Assembly (NCBI GenBank): GCA_964493225.1
Contig: CAZBOC010000001.1
Span: 12,107-48,614, forward strand
Origin: an uncultured Caulobacterales bacterium
GTDB lineage: Bacteria > Pseudomonadota > Alphaproteobacteria > Caulobacterales > Parvularculaceae
Length of the DNA stretch: 36,508 nucleotides
Direction of reading: 5' to 3'
The translations under genes were made by a program, and so were the position numbers. Positions within the stretch are counted from its first letter, which is position 1. The number at the start of each line of letters is the position of its first letter. Below, one piece after another: positions 17,721-26,825 of the stretch. Under the pieces are notes generated by a model. The model searched no databases. It was not told where the DNA came from and saw nothing but the letters and a program-made list of their open reading frames with translations.

Positions 17721-17725
17721 ACGCG

Positions 17726-18529
17726 CTATCGGGGCGGCTTGAGCGCGAAGGATCGTGCGTCGAACTCCTCGCCCGCGAACTCCGCGTCCCCGTCGAAGCG
17801 CACCGTCAGCACGCCCTCGCCGAATTCCTTTCGCCCCAAAGGAATTCTCACCCGACGGCGCTCTGTGTCCGGATAAACGGCGATGTTGTTGAGGCGCGCG
17901 ATCTCCCGCGCCTTCCTTCGCGCATCCCTGGTGAACAGGACGCTGAGGCGGCCGTAGGCGGAATATTCTCCTGAGACGGCGATGTCGGTCTCGAGCGCGA
18001 GCGATCCATCCTCGTCCCGCACGAGCCGGGTCGTCCCGATGGCGGCCGAGGCGCGCGCTTCGCCGCCGCGCACGATCACCGGCGTCGAAATCGCCATGTC
18101 CAGATCAAGCTGGACGCCGCCGCCGGCGCGCCGGATCAGCGAACGCTCGGCGCGGGCCGCGATCTTGAGATGCGAGCGCCGCTCTCCGGGGAGGGGCTCG
18201 ACGCCGCGTCGCAGGGCCACGAACAAACTCTCTCGTTTTCCCGGCTCCAAGGTGAAATGGGTCGGGGAGACGACGAGATAGGGCGCTGCGCTCGATCGCG
18301 CCCGCGTTTGCGCGTCGGCCGGGGCGTAGCCGCGCTCGGTGGCGACAAGGTCGACCCAGGAAACCTCGACGTCGATCGTGCGCGCCGATGGATTCGAGAT
18401 CTCGTAAACGCCCGTGCGGGCCGTTTCGCCGAGGACCTGGCGCAGGGGCGTAACCTGGATCTCGGCATGCGCGCCCTTCGCGGCGATCATCGCCAGAATG
18501 ACCGCGGCGATGGTCGGGCTTGTCCGCAT
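17726..18529 (-). CDS. PapD-like periplasmic pilus-chaperone-fold protein (orphan)
   Basis: Only the C-terminal 268 codons of ORF 17726..19405 look real. They have a signal peptide MRTSPTIAAVILAMIAAKGAHA, then IQVTPLRQVL...GVYEISNPSARTIDVEVSWVDL, which resembles the N-domain pattern of fimbrial chaperones. The upstream part of the ORF is antisense to mipZ. Confidence 0.55.
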   Translation of the reverse strand: MRTSPTIAAVILAMIAAKGAHAEIQVTPLRQVLGETARTGVYEISNPSARTIDVEVSWVDLVATERGYAPADAQTRARSSAAPYLVVSPTHFTLEPGKRESLFVALRRGVEPLPGERRSHLKIAARAERSLIRRAGGGVQLDLDMAISTPVIVRGGEARASAAIGTTRLVRDEDGSLALETDIAVSGEYSAYGRLSVLFTRDARRKAREIARLNNIAVYPDTERRRVRIPLGRKEFGEGVLTVRFDGDAEFAGEEFDARSFALKPPR

Positions 18530-18652
18530 TGTGCAGAATCGGCGCATAGTCGCTCGCGTAATAAGCGTGGTCCGATTATCGCCATGCGGGTTCGGCGCCA
18601 GTTTGGTCGGTCGGGAAGGCGCGCGCAGCGTTCGCGCGCGACGTTCGGGAAA

Positions 18653-19552
18653 GTGACAAACGTGACACATGTGATCGTGCTCGGAAACGAGAAGGGGGGC
18701 TCGGGAAAATCGACCGCGGCCATGCATATCGTCGTCGCGCTGATGAAAAGCGGCTACCGGGTGGCGGCGATTGACCTCGACATGCGCCAGCAGAGCCTCA
18801 GCCGATACCTGGAGAACCGGCGCAAATTCGCGCACGCGAACGGCAAGGAACTGTTCTTCCCGTTGACGCCGGCTGTCGCGCCATCGGACCACGACAGCCG
18901 CGAGCAGGCGACGCGCGAGGAGACCGCCGCCTTCACGGGCACGCTGTCCGGGCTCGGCGATTGCGACTTCGTGGTGATTGATTGTCCGGGCGCCAACACG
19001 CATCTCTCGCGTCTCGCCCACGACCATGCCGACACGATTGTCACGCCGCTGAACGACAGTTTCGTCGATTTCGATCTTCTGGCGCGGCTCGACCCCGAGA
19101 CCGGCGCGATCCTCGGCCCCAGCCTTTACGCCGAAATGGTCTGGAGCGCGCGCAAGCGCCGGGCAATGTCGGGCGTCCACGGCGGCATCGACTGGGTCGT
19201 GATGCGCAACCGCGTCTCGGCGACACGCGCGAACAACAAAAAGCGCATGGCTGAAAAGCTCGAGGACCTGTCGAGCCGGATCGGATTTCGCCTCGGCCGC
19301 GGCTTCGGCGATCGGGTCATCTATCGCGAACTTTTCCCTATGGGCCTCACGCTTCTCGACCTCGGCGGCGCTGACGCGCCCGTGCGCCTTTCCACAATGA
19401 GCCACGTGACTGCGCGCCTTGAGATCCGTTCACTGATCGCGATGCTGAATTTGCCGCAAAAGGTGCGGGAAGATGCTGACGCGGACGCGGAAGGCGAGCC
19501 GAGCGCCGACGCGCAGAACCGCGAAACCGGCGCCGAATCCCGGGCGGCCTGA
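18653..19552 (+). CDS. mipZ: Division-plane positioning ATPase MipZ (ParA/MinD superfamily)
   Basis: THVIVLGNEKGGSGKSTAAMHIVVAL (deviant Walker A), AAIDLDMRQQSLSRYLENRR, TPLNDSFVDFDLL and DRVIYRELFPMGLTLLDL closely follow the MipZ pattern. The start is uncertain: GTG at 18653, 18662 or 18671. Confidence 0.9.
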   Translation: MTNVTHVIVLGNEKGGSGKSTAAMHIVVALMKSGYRVAAIDLDMRQQSLSRYLENRRKFAHANGKELFFPLTPAVAPSDHDSREQATREETAAFTGTLSGLGDCDFVVIDCPGANTHLSRLAHDHADTIVTPLNDSFVDFDLLARLDPETGAILGPSLYAEMVWSARKRRAMSGVHGGIDWVVMRNRVSATRANNKKRMAEKLEDLSSRIGFRLGRGFGDRVIYRELFPMGLTLLDLGGADAPVRLSTMSHVTARLEIRSLIAMLNLPQKVREDADADAEGEPSADAQNRETGAESRAA

Positions 19553-19624
19553 GCGGCGGACCGTATTTGCCAATGGGGCGGAAATCGGCGAGGCTGCGAT
19601 CCGTGTCTTTCGGAGCTTTAACCG

Positions 19625-21283
19625 ATGGCCAGTTTCAAACCTCGAGCCGACCTCGGATCGCACGAGGTCGCTAATCAGCCCTCGCCGCTGGAGGACGTCA
19701 ATCTTTTTGAAACGGACGAGGCGCTCAAGGGCGCGCTGCGCGCCCTTGGCGGAGCGGTCCACGCCGAGGCGCTGAGCGCGTTCGGGGCGCGCTGCGGGTC
19801 CGGCCAGACCCTCGATCTGGCGCGCCAGGCCAATGAATTCCCGCCGCGGCTGAAGTCCTTCGATCGGTTCGGGCGACGGCTCGACGAGGTCGAATTCCAT
19901 CCCGCCTATCACGAATTAATGCGGCTCGGGCTCGACAGCGGCTTGTCGGGCGCGCCCTGGCGCGGCGTCGAGGCCGGCCACGTTCTCCATGGCGCGATGA
20001 TGATCCTGATCAACCAGGCGGACCCCGGCGTCAGCTGTCCCATGTCGATGACCTACGCCTGCGTGCCGCCGCTTCGCGCGACGCCGGGCGTCGCAGATCC
20101 CTGGGTCGGGAAGATCACGGCGCAGCGCTATGATCCGAATTTCGTGCCGGTATCGGGCAAGGCCGGCGCCACTGTGGGCATGGCGATGACCGAGAAACAG
20201 GGCGGTTCGGACGTCAGGGCCAACACGACCCGCGCCGAACCCGACGGCCACGGGGATTTCACGCTCATCGGACACAAATGGTTCTGTTCCGCACCGATGT
20301 CGGACGCGTTTTTGACGCTGGCCTACGAAGAGGCGGGCCTGTCCTGTTTCCTGACGCCGCGATGGACGCCGGACGGGTCCCGCAACCGCATTCACATTAT
20401 GCGTCTGAAGGACAAGATGGGCGACAAGTCGAACGCCTCCTCGGAGATTGAATACCACGGCGCGTGGGCGCAGCGGCTCGGCGAACCCGGGAGGGGCGTG
20501 CGAACCATCATCGAGATGGTCCAGCACACGCGTTACGACTGCATCCTCGGCTCGACCGGCGGCATGCGCGCCGCCCTTTCACAGGCGCTCTGGCACGCGG
20601 GCCAGCGCCGGGTTTTCCAAAAGACCCTGGTCGACCAGCCGGCGATGCGCGGCGTTCTGGCCGATCTCGTCCTCGATTACGAGGCGGCGGTCGCGCTGGC
20701 GCTGCGCATCGGGGCAAGCGTCGACCGCAAAGACGAGGACGAGACGGAGGCGGCGTATATGCGCCTTGCGACGCCGGCGGCGAAATACTGGATATGCAAG
20801 CGCCAGCCTGGTTTCGTCTATGAGGCCCTCGAATGCCTTGGGGGCGGCGGCTATGTCGAGGAGGGACCGATGCCGCGCCTTTTCCGGCAATCCCCGCTGA
20901 ACGCGATCTGGGAAGGATCGGGCAATGTCATCGCTCTGGATATCCTGCGAGCCATGGGCAGGGAGCCGGAGACCTTCGACATTCTTCTCGGGGAGATGCG
21001 CGCCTGCGCCGCCGGCGCGCATGCGGCCTATGACGCGCATCTGGAACGCCTCGAGCGCTACGCGAAACCCGGCGAACTGCACGAGGGCGCCGCACGGGCC
21101 TTCGCGCAGGATCTCGCGCTGGGCCTTCAGGCCGCCGCGCTTGCGCGGACTGCGCCGGGTTTTGTCTTCGAAGCCTTTTGCGAGCAGCGGATCGCTGCGG
21201 AGGGACGGGGATTTCTTTACGGAGCGATCGCTGAAGGGCTGCCGGTTTCGGATCTCCTCGATCGGTCCGCGCCACGACACTGA
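19625..21283 (+). CDS. AidB-like acyl-CoA dehydrogenase family protein
   Basis: 552 aa. The N-terminal ANQPSPLEDVNLFETDEAL, MTEKQGGSDVRANTTRAEP, KWFCSAP and the C-terminal helical domain are typical of AidB-type proteins. Confidence 0.85.
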   Translation: MASFKPRADLGSHEVANQPSPLEDVNLFETDEALKGALRALGGAVHAEALSAFGARCGSGQTLDLARQANEFPPRLKSFDRFGRRLDEVEFHPAYHELMRLGLDSGLSGAPWRGVEAGHVLHGAMMILINQADPGVSCPMSMTYACVPPLRATPGVADPWVGKITAQRYDPNFVPVSGKAGATVGMAMTEKQGGSDVRANTTRAEPDGHGDFTLIGHKWFCSAPMSDAFLTLAYEEAGLSCFLTPRWTPDGSRNRIHIMRLKDKMGDKSNASSEIEYHGAWAQRLGEPGRGVRTIIEMVQHTRYDCILGSTGGMRAALSQALWHAGQRRVFQKTLVDQPAMRGVLADLVLDYEAAVALALRIGASVDRKDEDETEAAYMRLATPAAKYWICKRQPGFVYEALECLGGGGYVEEGPMPRLFRQSPLNAIWEGSGNVIALDILRAMGREPETFDILLGEMRACAAGAHAAYDAHLERLERYAKPGELHEGAARAFAQDLALGLQAAALARTAPGFVFEAFCEQRIAAEGRGFLYGAIAEGLPVSDLLDRSAPRH

Positions 21284-21303
21284 ACGCCGTCCTGCCCCCA
21301 ACT

Positions 21304-21360
21304 CCGGCGCGCGCGCCAATCATCAGTGTAAAGATTAAATGGCGCGCGCCCGGATTTCTG
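21304..21360 (+). terminator. Stem-loop downstream of the aidB-like gene (terminator-like)
   Basis: ggcgcgcgcgcc (21306-21317) pairs with ggcgcgcgcc (21341-21350) around a 23-nt AT-rich loop, followed by cggatttctgttcttg. It lies in the convergent gap with the ABC-F gene. Confidence 0.4.
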
Positions 21361-21390
21361 TTCTTGATCGCGATCGCCGCGCCTGCAGCC

Positions 21391-23235
21391 TTACGAGCAT
21401 GACGCCTCCCGCTTCATTTCCAGTGCGAGCCATTCGTCCTCGGCCTCGGACAGGCGAGCCTCGGCCCTGGCGAGGGCGTCGGCGAGTTTTGCGAATTCGT
21501 CCGGGTTCTTCTCATAAAGCGCCTGGTCGGCGAGGGCGTCGTTCGCCGCAGCGATCTCGGCCTCGAGCCTCGCGATCTCGCCCGGTAATTTTTCAAGCGC
21601 GTACTTCTCCTTGTAGGAAAGGCGCGCCGAGGCGTTCTTCGGCCGTGCGGGCCGACCTTCGGATCCGTCAGCGTTTCGCGGCTTTTTTGATTCGTGTACC
21701 GAGTATCTATTCGCTCCCGGGCTCTCGAAGCCGGGGGCGCTCCCGCGCTGGCGAACCATGTCGTCATAGCCCCCTGGATACTCGATCCAGGTTCCCGCGC
21801 GGCCCTCGGGGTCGGTGGTGACGATGCTGGTGACGATATGATCCAGAAATGCGCGATCATGACTGACGAGGAGAAGGGTGCCCGAATAGTCGGCGAGCAT
21901 TTCCTCCAGGAGCTCCAGCGTTTCGAGGTCAAGGTCGTTCGTCGGTTCATCGAGGACGAGGAGGTTCGATCGCTTCGCCATGGCGGCGGCGCGCGCGAGC
22001 CGGCCGCGTTCGCCGCCGGAAAGCGCGCCGACCGGCGCGCGCCATTGTTCGGGTGCGAAGAGAAAATCCTTCAGATATGTCGAGACGTGCCGTTTCGCGC
22101 CGCCGATCTCGACCCAGTCGCCGCGTCCGTCCGTGATCGCGTCGGCGACGCTCTCGTCGTCGCGCAACCCCGCGCGCCGCTGGTCGAGGGAGACGATGTC
22201 GAGATTGGTCCCGAGACTGACCGCGCCGTCATCGGGGGCGATCACGCCCGTCAACAGCTTCACGAGCGTCGTCTTGCCTGCGCCGTTCGGGCCGATAAGG
22301 CCCACCCGGTCGCCGCGGGCGATCTCGATGCTGAAATCGTCGACAATACGCCGTTCCCCGTAGGACTTTGAGACGCCTTCCGCGACCATGACCTGTTTGC
22401 CGGAGGCGTCGGCGGCGGCGGTCGTGAATTTCACCGAGCCTTGCGCCGTTCGTTCGCCTCGCCGCCTCGCGCGCATCTCGTCAAGCTCGCGCATTCGCCG
22501 GACGTTGCGCTTGCGCCGCGCCGTCACCCCGTAACGCACCCAGTCTTCCTCGGCCGCGATCTTCCGGTCCAGTTTGTGGCGCTCGCGTTCCTCCTCCTCC
22601 AGCAGCTGGTCGCGCCAGGCCTCGAAGGCGGCGAAACCCCGGTCCAGCGATCTCGTCCGGCCACGGTCTATCCAGACCGTCTGTGTCGTGACCTTTTCCA
22701 GAAACCGCCTGTCGTGGCTGATGACGACGACCGCGGCGGGCGACGCCCGCAACGTCTCCTCAAGCCAGCCGATCGCAGGCAGATCGAGATGGTTCGTCGG
22801 CTCGTCGAGGAGGAGAATGTCGGGCTCGGCCGCCAGCAGGCGGGCGATCGCCGCGCGCCGCGCTTCTCCGCCGGACACAAGAGCGGGATCGGCCCGCCGG
22901 TCGACGCCGAGCGCGTCCATCAGACGCCGGGCCGCGGCCGGGTCGCTCGTCTCGTTCAGGTCCGCCTCGACATAGGCCCCGAGCGTCTCAAAGCCCGACA
23001 GGTCAGGCGCCTGTTCGAGATATCCCGTTGTCGCGCCTGGGTCGACAAAGCGCCGGCCGGCGTCCGGCTCGACGAGACCGGCCGCGATCTTCAAAAGGGT
23101 CGACTTGCCGGATCCGTTGCGTCCGACAAGCGCGATGCGATCACGTGGATTGACGATCAACGACGCGCCTGCGAGCAGCGGGTCGCCGCCGAAGGATAAC
23201 TCCATGTCGGCTAGGGTCAGAAGCGGCGGAGCCAT
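21391..23235 (-). CDS. ABC-F family ATPase (Uup-like, no transmembrane domain)
   Basis: 614 aa with two Walker A motifs (GRNGSGKST, GPNGAGKTT), two signature motifs (VSGGEARRAA, LSGGERGRLA), two Walker B motifs (LLLDEPTNHLD, LVLDEPTNDLD) and a C-terminal coiled coil. Confidence 0.9.
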   Translation of the reverse strand: MAPPLLTLADMELSFGGDPLLAGASLIVNPRDRIALVGRNGSGKSTLLKIAAGLVEPDAGRRFVDPGATTGYLEQAPDLSGFETLGAYVEADLNETSDPAAARRLMDALGVDRRADPALVSGGEARRAAIARLLAAEPDILLLDEPTNHLDLPAIGWLEETLRASPAAVVVISHDRRFLEKVTTQTVWIDRGRTRSLDRGFAAFEAWRDQLLEEEERERHKLDRKIAAEEDWVRYGVTARRKRNVRRMRELDEMRARRRGERTAQGSVKFTTAAADASGKQVMVAEGVSKSYGERRIVDDFSIEIARGDRVGLIGPNGAGKTTLVKLLTGVIAPDDGAVSLGTNLDIVSLDQRRAGLRDDESVADAITDGRGDWVEIGGAKRHVSTYLKDFLFAPEQWRAPVGALSGGERGRLARAAAMAKRSNLLVLDEPTNDLDLETLELLEEMLADYSGTLLLVSHDRAFLDHIVTSIVTTDPEGRAGTWIEYPGGYDDMVRQRGSAPGFESPGANRYSVHESKKPRNADGSEGRPARPKNASARLSYKEKYALEKLPGEIARLEAEIAAANDALADQALYEKNPDEFAKLADALARAEARLSEAEDEWLALEMKREASCS

Positions 23236-23354
23236 GACGCGATCTACACAGTCTTCCCCATTCGCCGCAAGCGCCGCGCGCCGCCGCGTTCATCAATCGG
23301 CAAGGATGCCGCTGGTAGCCTGCTGCGGCCGCACTATGGGACGCGCCCGTTTCG

Positions 23355-23936
23355 ATGCACCCTTTGACCGCCTATCTGGAGGCCAGCGGCGAGGCTCCGC
23401 CGGAATTCGCCAAACGCGCCGATGTGGATACAGGAAATCTGTACGACATTATTGCAAAACGCGCCCCGATGACTTTATCCTTGGCGCGGCGCATTTCAAA
23501 GGCGACGGCGGGGGCGGTGACTGTGGAGGAACTTTTCGGGCATGCGGGATCGGACGCCGCGCCGGTCATTGACATATCTCAATTCCGGAACGCGGTGGGA
23601 ACATGCGCCCGCTCGATCGGCGGCGTCGAGCCGGCGCGGCTGGCGGCGATCCTCTGCGACGATTTCGCCCAGCAAGGCGTCTCGAGGGTTACGGACAGCC
23701 CGACGAGGGCGGCGGCGCTCATTTCCGAGGCGACGGCGAACCTTTTCGATCTCCTCGGCGATGAAGCGCCGGTTGATCCCGAGGATCGTCTTCGCAAAGC
23801 TCTTCTTTCAGTGCTTCGACAAGCGCTCGCAGAGAACCCGGTTCCTGGGGGGGGCGACCCGGCGCGGAGCAAGGCCGCGATCCGTCAGATGGCGGATCGA
23901 ATCGCCCGCCGATATTTTCACAATTTGAAACCCTGA
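23355..23936 (+). CDS. Hypothetical protein with an N-terminal Cro/YdaS-like helix-turn-helix
   Basis: The first ~65 aa (LTAYLEASGEAPPEFAKRADVDTGNLYDIIAKRAPMTLSLARRISKATAGAVTVEELF) fit a short Cro/CI-type HTH. The remaining ~125 aa match nothing I recognise. Confidence 0.6.
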   Translation: MHPLTAYLEASGEAPPEFAKRADVDTGNLYDIIAKRAPMTLSLARRISKATAGAVTVEELFGHAGSDAAPVIDISQFRNAVGTCARSIGGVEPARLAAILCDDFAQQGVSRVTDSPTRAAALISEATANLFDLLGDEAPVDPEDRLRKALLSVLRQALAENPVPGGGDPARSKAAIRQMADRIARRYFHNLKP

Positions 23937-24155
23937 AGCAATCCGGCGCGAAAACGCTTTCGGCGAGCGCGCGCGCGCTCCGCGCCCGGCGTTTTGAAAG
24001 CCGCCACATCAGCGCGCCCATCTTTGCGGCGTAAATGTCGTCTTCCTGCTCCAACGTTAATTTCCCGTTATGGATGAATCAAGTCTTTCTAAGAGACGCT
24101 CTGGCCTATACACTTAGAATGGTGTGAGTAAGAAATATTTAACAGGAGACGGAAA

Positions 24156-24470
24156 ATGACGAAAAAAGACATCCGCAAGGAACAGCTCGCATTGTTGCGT
24201 TTCGAAAAGCAGATCGCCGGTCTGGCCACGGTTCTCGCCGCCGGCGCGGCGACGTCCGCGTCGGCGAACGACAAGCTCGGCGGCGATGCGGCGAGCCAGG
24301 CTTACGCCGACATCCAGGCTTCCCTCGTCCATCTCGCCGACGTCACGGCGGCTGCTCATGAAAAGTTAAATGTTGAGGCGGTTGAATTGGGTTTTCGCGT
24401 TTCGCAGGTCTTCGGCACGCCGAAACCTGATGGAGGAAGGCTCGTCCGATCGATACTGGGGATTGGATAA
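24156..24470 (+). CDS. Hypothetical protein (104 aa)
   Basis: Well-spaced SD (AGGAG 24144-24148, 7 nt before the ATG at 24156) behind a ~40% GC promoter-like stretch. Ala-rich helical sequence with no motif. Confidence 0.5.
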   Translation: MTKKDIRKEQLALLRFEKQIAGLATVLAAGAATSASANDKLGGDAASQAYADIQASLVHLADVTAAAHEKLNVEAVELGFRVSQVFGTPKPDGGRLVRSILGIG

Positions 24471-24535
24471 CCATCGGCTTTTACGGCGCGGCCCTTGGCG
24501 CAAGCTACGGGCTCGCCCACTGGTCCGGATCGGGT

Positions 24536-24868
24536 TTGATCAAGACCGCGGTCTGGACGCTTTCGGCCGGATGGATTTGTTGTCTCGGCTGGTACGCAGC
24601 ATTCGGAGACACGGAACTCAGCTTCGGATTCGCCGTCATTAATCTTGCGATGGCTGCGCAATTCTGGCGCATGTCTCGTCTGAGGTGGTTTCCGGCGCCG
24701 CTGTTCTTTCTTCACGCGCTGCAGATCGTGAATTATCTTATCGCCTCGGCGCTTTCAATCGGGACCTGGTGGCAGGTTGCTTTGGCGAATCGGATCTTCG
24801 ACGTCGAGGTCGCCTACATTCTTTGCTGCGCACTTTTCCGGATCGCGCGCCGCCGAAAATTTGCTTAA
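24536..24868 (+). CDS. Small polytopic membrane protein (start uncertain)
   Basis: 3-4 hydrophobic helices (AVWTLSAGWICCLGWYAAF, FGFAVINLAMAAQFW, LFFLHALQIVNYLIASAL, VAYILCCALFRI). The first canonical start is TTG at 24536, but the open frame and helix-like sequence extend back to 24431. Confidence 0.5.
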   Translation: MIKTAVWTLSAGWICCLGWYAAFGDTELSFGFAVINLAMAAQFWRMSRLRWFPAPLFFLHALQIVNYLIASALSIGTWWQVALANRIFDVEVAYILCCALFRIARRRKFA

Positions 24869-25372
24869 TCGCGCGTTTGCCGGTGCGTGCGCCCGCGGGC
24901 CCGGCTTTCCGCTTACGTCTCCCGGCCAATCGCCCCTTGCGCGCGCTTCCCTGGAAAACCCTTTCGCCGCTTCTTGGATCCGCGAGTCGCGCTCACCCCC
25001 GCGGCTTCGCTCCCCGCGACCTTGGCGAAATGCGATCAAGGCACAAAGTTGATCGGTGCAAAGATGGCCGGGCTGTATCCGCATGCGGTGAATGGCAAGC
25101 GCATTCACGCCCGGCCGAACCCGAGCGGGCCCGGACGTTTGGCTGCCAGCTGTTCTTTTTCGCTCTTGGAGCGCCGGCGACCAAGAGATCAGCGCGCGCA
25201 TCTTGCGAGGTTCGGGCGCCGCGCCCGTCGGCCGCACCTGTCAGCCGTCCGAGGCCAAGGCTGCTAACAGATTGAAAAATAACCCAATTTTGATTTTTTA
25301 GGCTTGTCATGCCGCATGCGTTTCAATCACGATACGCGACGACGCGCTAAGGAGCAGCAAGCGAGGTTCGCC

Positions 25373-25657
25373 ATGACGGAAGCATCTCTCGAATACCGCT
25401 CGCCAATGGAGAAGCTGATTCGCGGCTACCGACTGGCGACGGCGGAAATACTCTACAAGATGCCGGACCATCCTTCGCTGCTGCAAAGCTACGTGTGGCA
25501 GGATTACGACATCGCGCCGAAATATCCCGTGCTGCGCCGGTTTCTCGATTTCTGGACGACCGAACTGGACGGTCCCATTCACTCCGTCAAGGTCGCCGGA
25601 AAAACATTGATTTCACCCTCGGAATTCCGTGCGGGAGCAGGGCTCTATCTGCAATAG
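25373..25657 (+). CDS. Usg-like family protein
   Basis: 94 aa from the ATG at 25373. [57 protein letters not shown] matches the conserved alphaproteobacterial Usg-like pattern. Confidence 0.8.
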   Translation: MTEASLEYRSPMEKLIRGYRLATAEILYKMPDHPSLLQSYVWQDYDIAPKYPVLRRFLDFWTTELDGPIHSVKVAGKTLISPSEFRAGAGLYLQ

Positions 25658-25734
25658 GTGACGAAACATTCACCATTGCAATCGGACCATACGGCCGATA
25701 CTCCTCGCGGCGGCAAAAATCCGAGGAGATAAAT

Positions 25735-26754
25735 ATGCGATCCGCCTTTGTTACGGCGTCGGCCGGCGCAGCGCTTATGCTCGCCGCATGCGGGGAAGAA
25801 GCAACGAAGAACGCCGAAGAGGCCGTCGAGGAGGCGAAGACGGCGCCTGCATCTGCGGAAGCCGCTGAAGGCGCCGAGGGCGACGCCGCACACGGTGAAA
25901 CGGCGGGCGATGCGGCGGCCGGCGGCCCCACGCCGGAGGAGCTTGAAAAAATCGCTGCGGAAAATCTCGCGGCGGCGGAAAAATTCCTCGCCGAAAATGC
26001 GCAAGCCGAAAACGTCAAGGTCACCGAGAGCGGCCTGCAATACGAAATCCTCGAGGAAGGTCCCGACGACGGATTTACGCCGAAGGCGGAGGATATTGTG
26101 CACGTTCATTACGTCGGTACGCTGACGGATGGCGTCGAGTTCGACTCCTCGCGCGCCCGCGGCGCAGCGGCCAAGTTTCCCCTGAACCAGGTCATTCCGG
26201 GATGGACCGAAGGCGTCCAGCTCATGAGCGAAGGCGACCGTTTCCGCTTCTTCATTCCGCCGGAGCTCGCCTATGGCGAACGCGGCGCCGGTCCGATCGA
26301 GCCGAATTCCGCGCTGATATTCGATGTCGAGCTGTTGAAGGTCGACAATGCGGAGCGCAATCTCGCCGCCGCCGAGGCTTTCCTGTCGGAAAACGCGGCG
26401 AAAGAGGGCGTGCAGACCACGGAAAGCGGGCTTCAGTATCGAGTCGTCACCGAAGGGCCGGCGGACGGCAAGACGCCGAACGACGCGAGCAAGGTCAAGG
26501 TGCATTACAAGGGTACGCTGATCAACGGCGCGGAATTCGACTCCTCGATCGCCCGCGGCGAGCCAGCCGAGTTTCCCGTCGCCAACGTCATCCCCGGCTG
26601 GACGGAAGGGCTCCAACTGATGAGCGAGGGCGACAAGTTCGAATTCTTCATTCACCCGGACCTCGCCTATGGCGAACGTCCCCATCCGCGCAGCCCCATC
26701 GGGCCGAACGACGCCCTGGTCTTCGAGGTCGAGCTCCTCGAAGTGCAGGAATAG
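25735..26754 (+). CDS. Lipoprotein with two tandem FKBP-type peptidyl-prolyl cis-trans isomerase modules
   Basis: ATG at 25735 after gaggag. Lipobox MLAAC, then an acidic Ala/Glu linker. Two copies of the module ...ESGLQY...VHY.GTL..G.EFDSS...F....[25 protein letters not shown]....VF.VELL.V. Confidence 0.9.
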   Translation: MRSAFVTASAGAALMLAACGEEATKNAEEAVEEAKTAPASAEAAEGAEGDAAHGETAGDAAAGGPTPEELEKIAAENLAAAEKFLAENAQAENVKVTESGLQYEILEEGPDDGFTPKAEDIVHVHYVGTLTDGVEFDSSRARGAAAKFPLNQVIPGWTEGVQLMSEGDRFRFFIPPELAYGERGAGPIEPNSALIFDVELLKVDNAERNLAAAEAFLSENAAKEGVQTTESGLQYRVVTEGPADGKTPNDASKVKVHYKGTLINGAEFDSSIARGEPAEFPVANVIPGWTEGLQLMSEGDKFEFFIHPDLAYGERPHPRSPIGPNDALVFEVELLEVQE

Positions 26755-26825
26755 CCGCTCTTTCGCAAGCCGGGCCCGGCGAGAACCCTGATCATCATTC
26801 AGCGAACGGCGGGCCGGCGAGGGCG

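Noticed and set aside
18530-19405. N-terminal 290-codon extension of the chaperone-like ORF (17726..19405)
   Set aside because: This part is antisense to mipZ, which has unmistakable motifs, and is not protein-like. A signal peptide begins at the internal Met (18529), giving a sensible 268-aa secreted protein.
25645-26685. 346-aa minus-strand ORF
   Set aside because: It is fully antisense to the tandem-FKBP gene, and its composition is low-complexity and Arg/Gly-rich.
26202-26825. Upstream 208 codons of ORF 26202..27968
   Set aside because: They overlap the FKBP gene out of frame and are Arg-rich. The oxidase has a plausible leader starting at the ATG at 26826.
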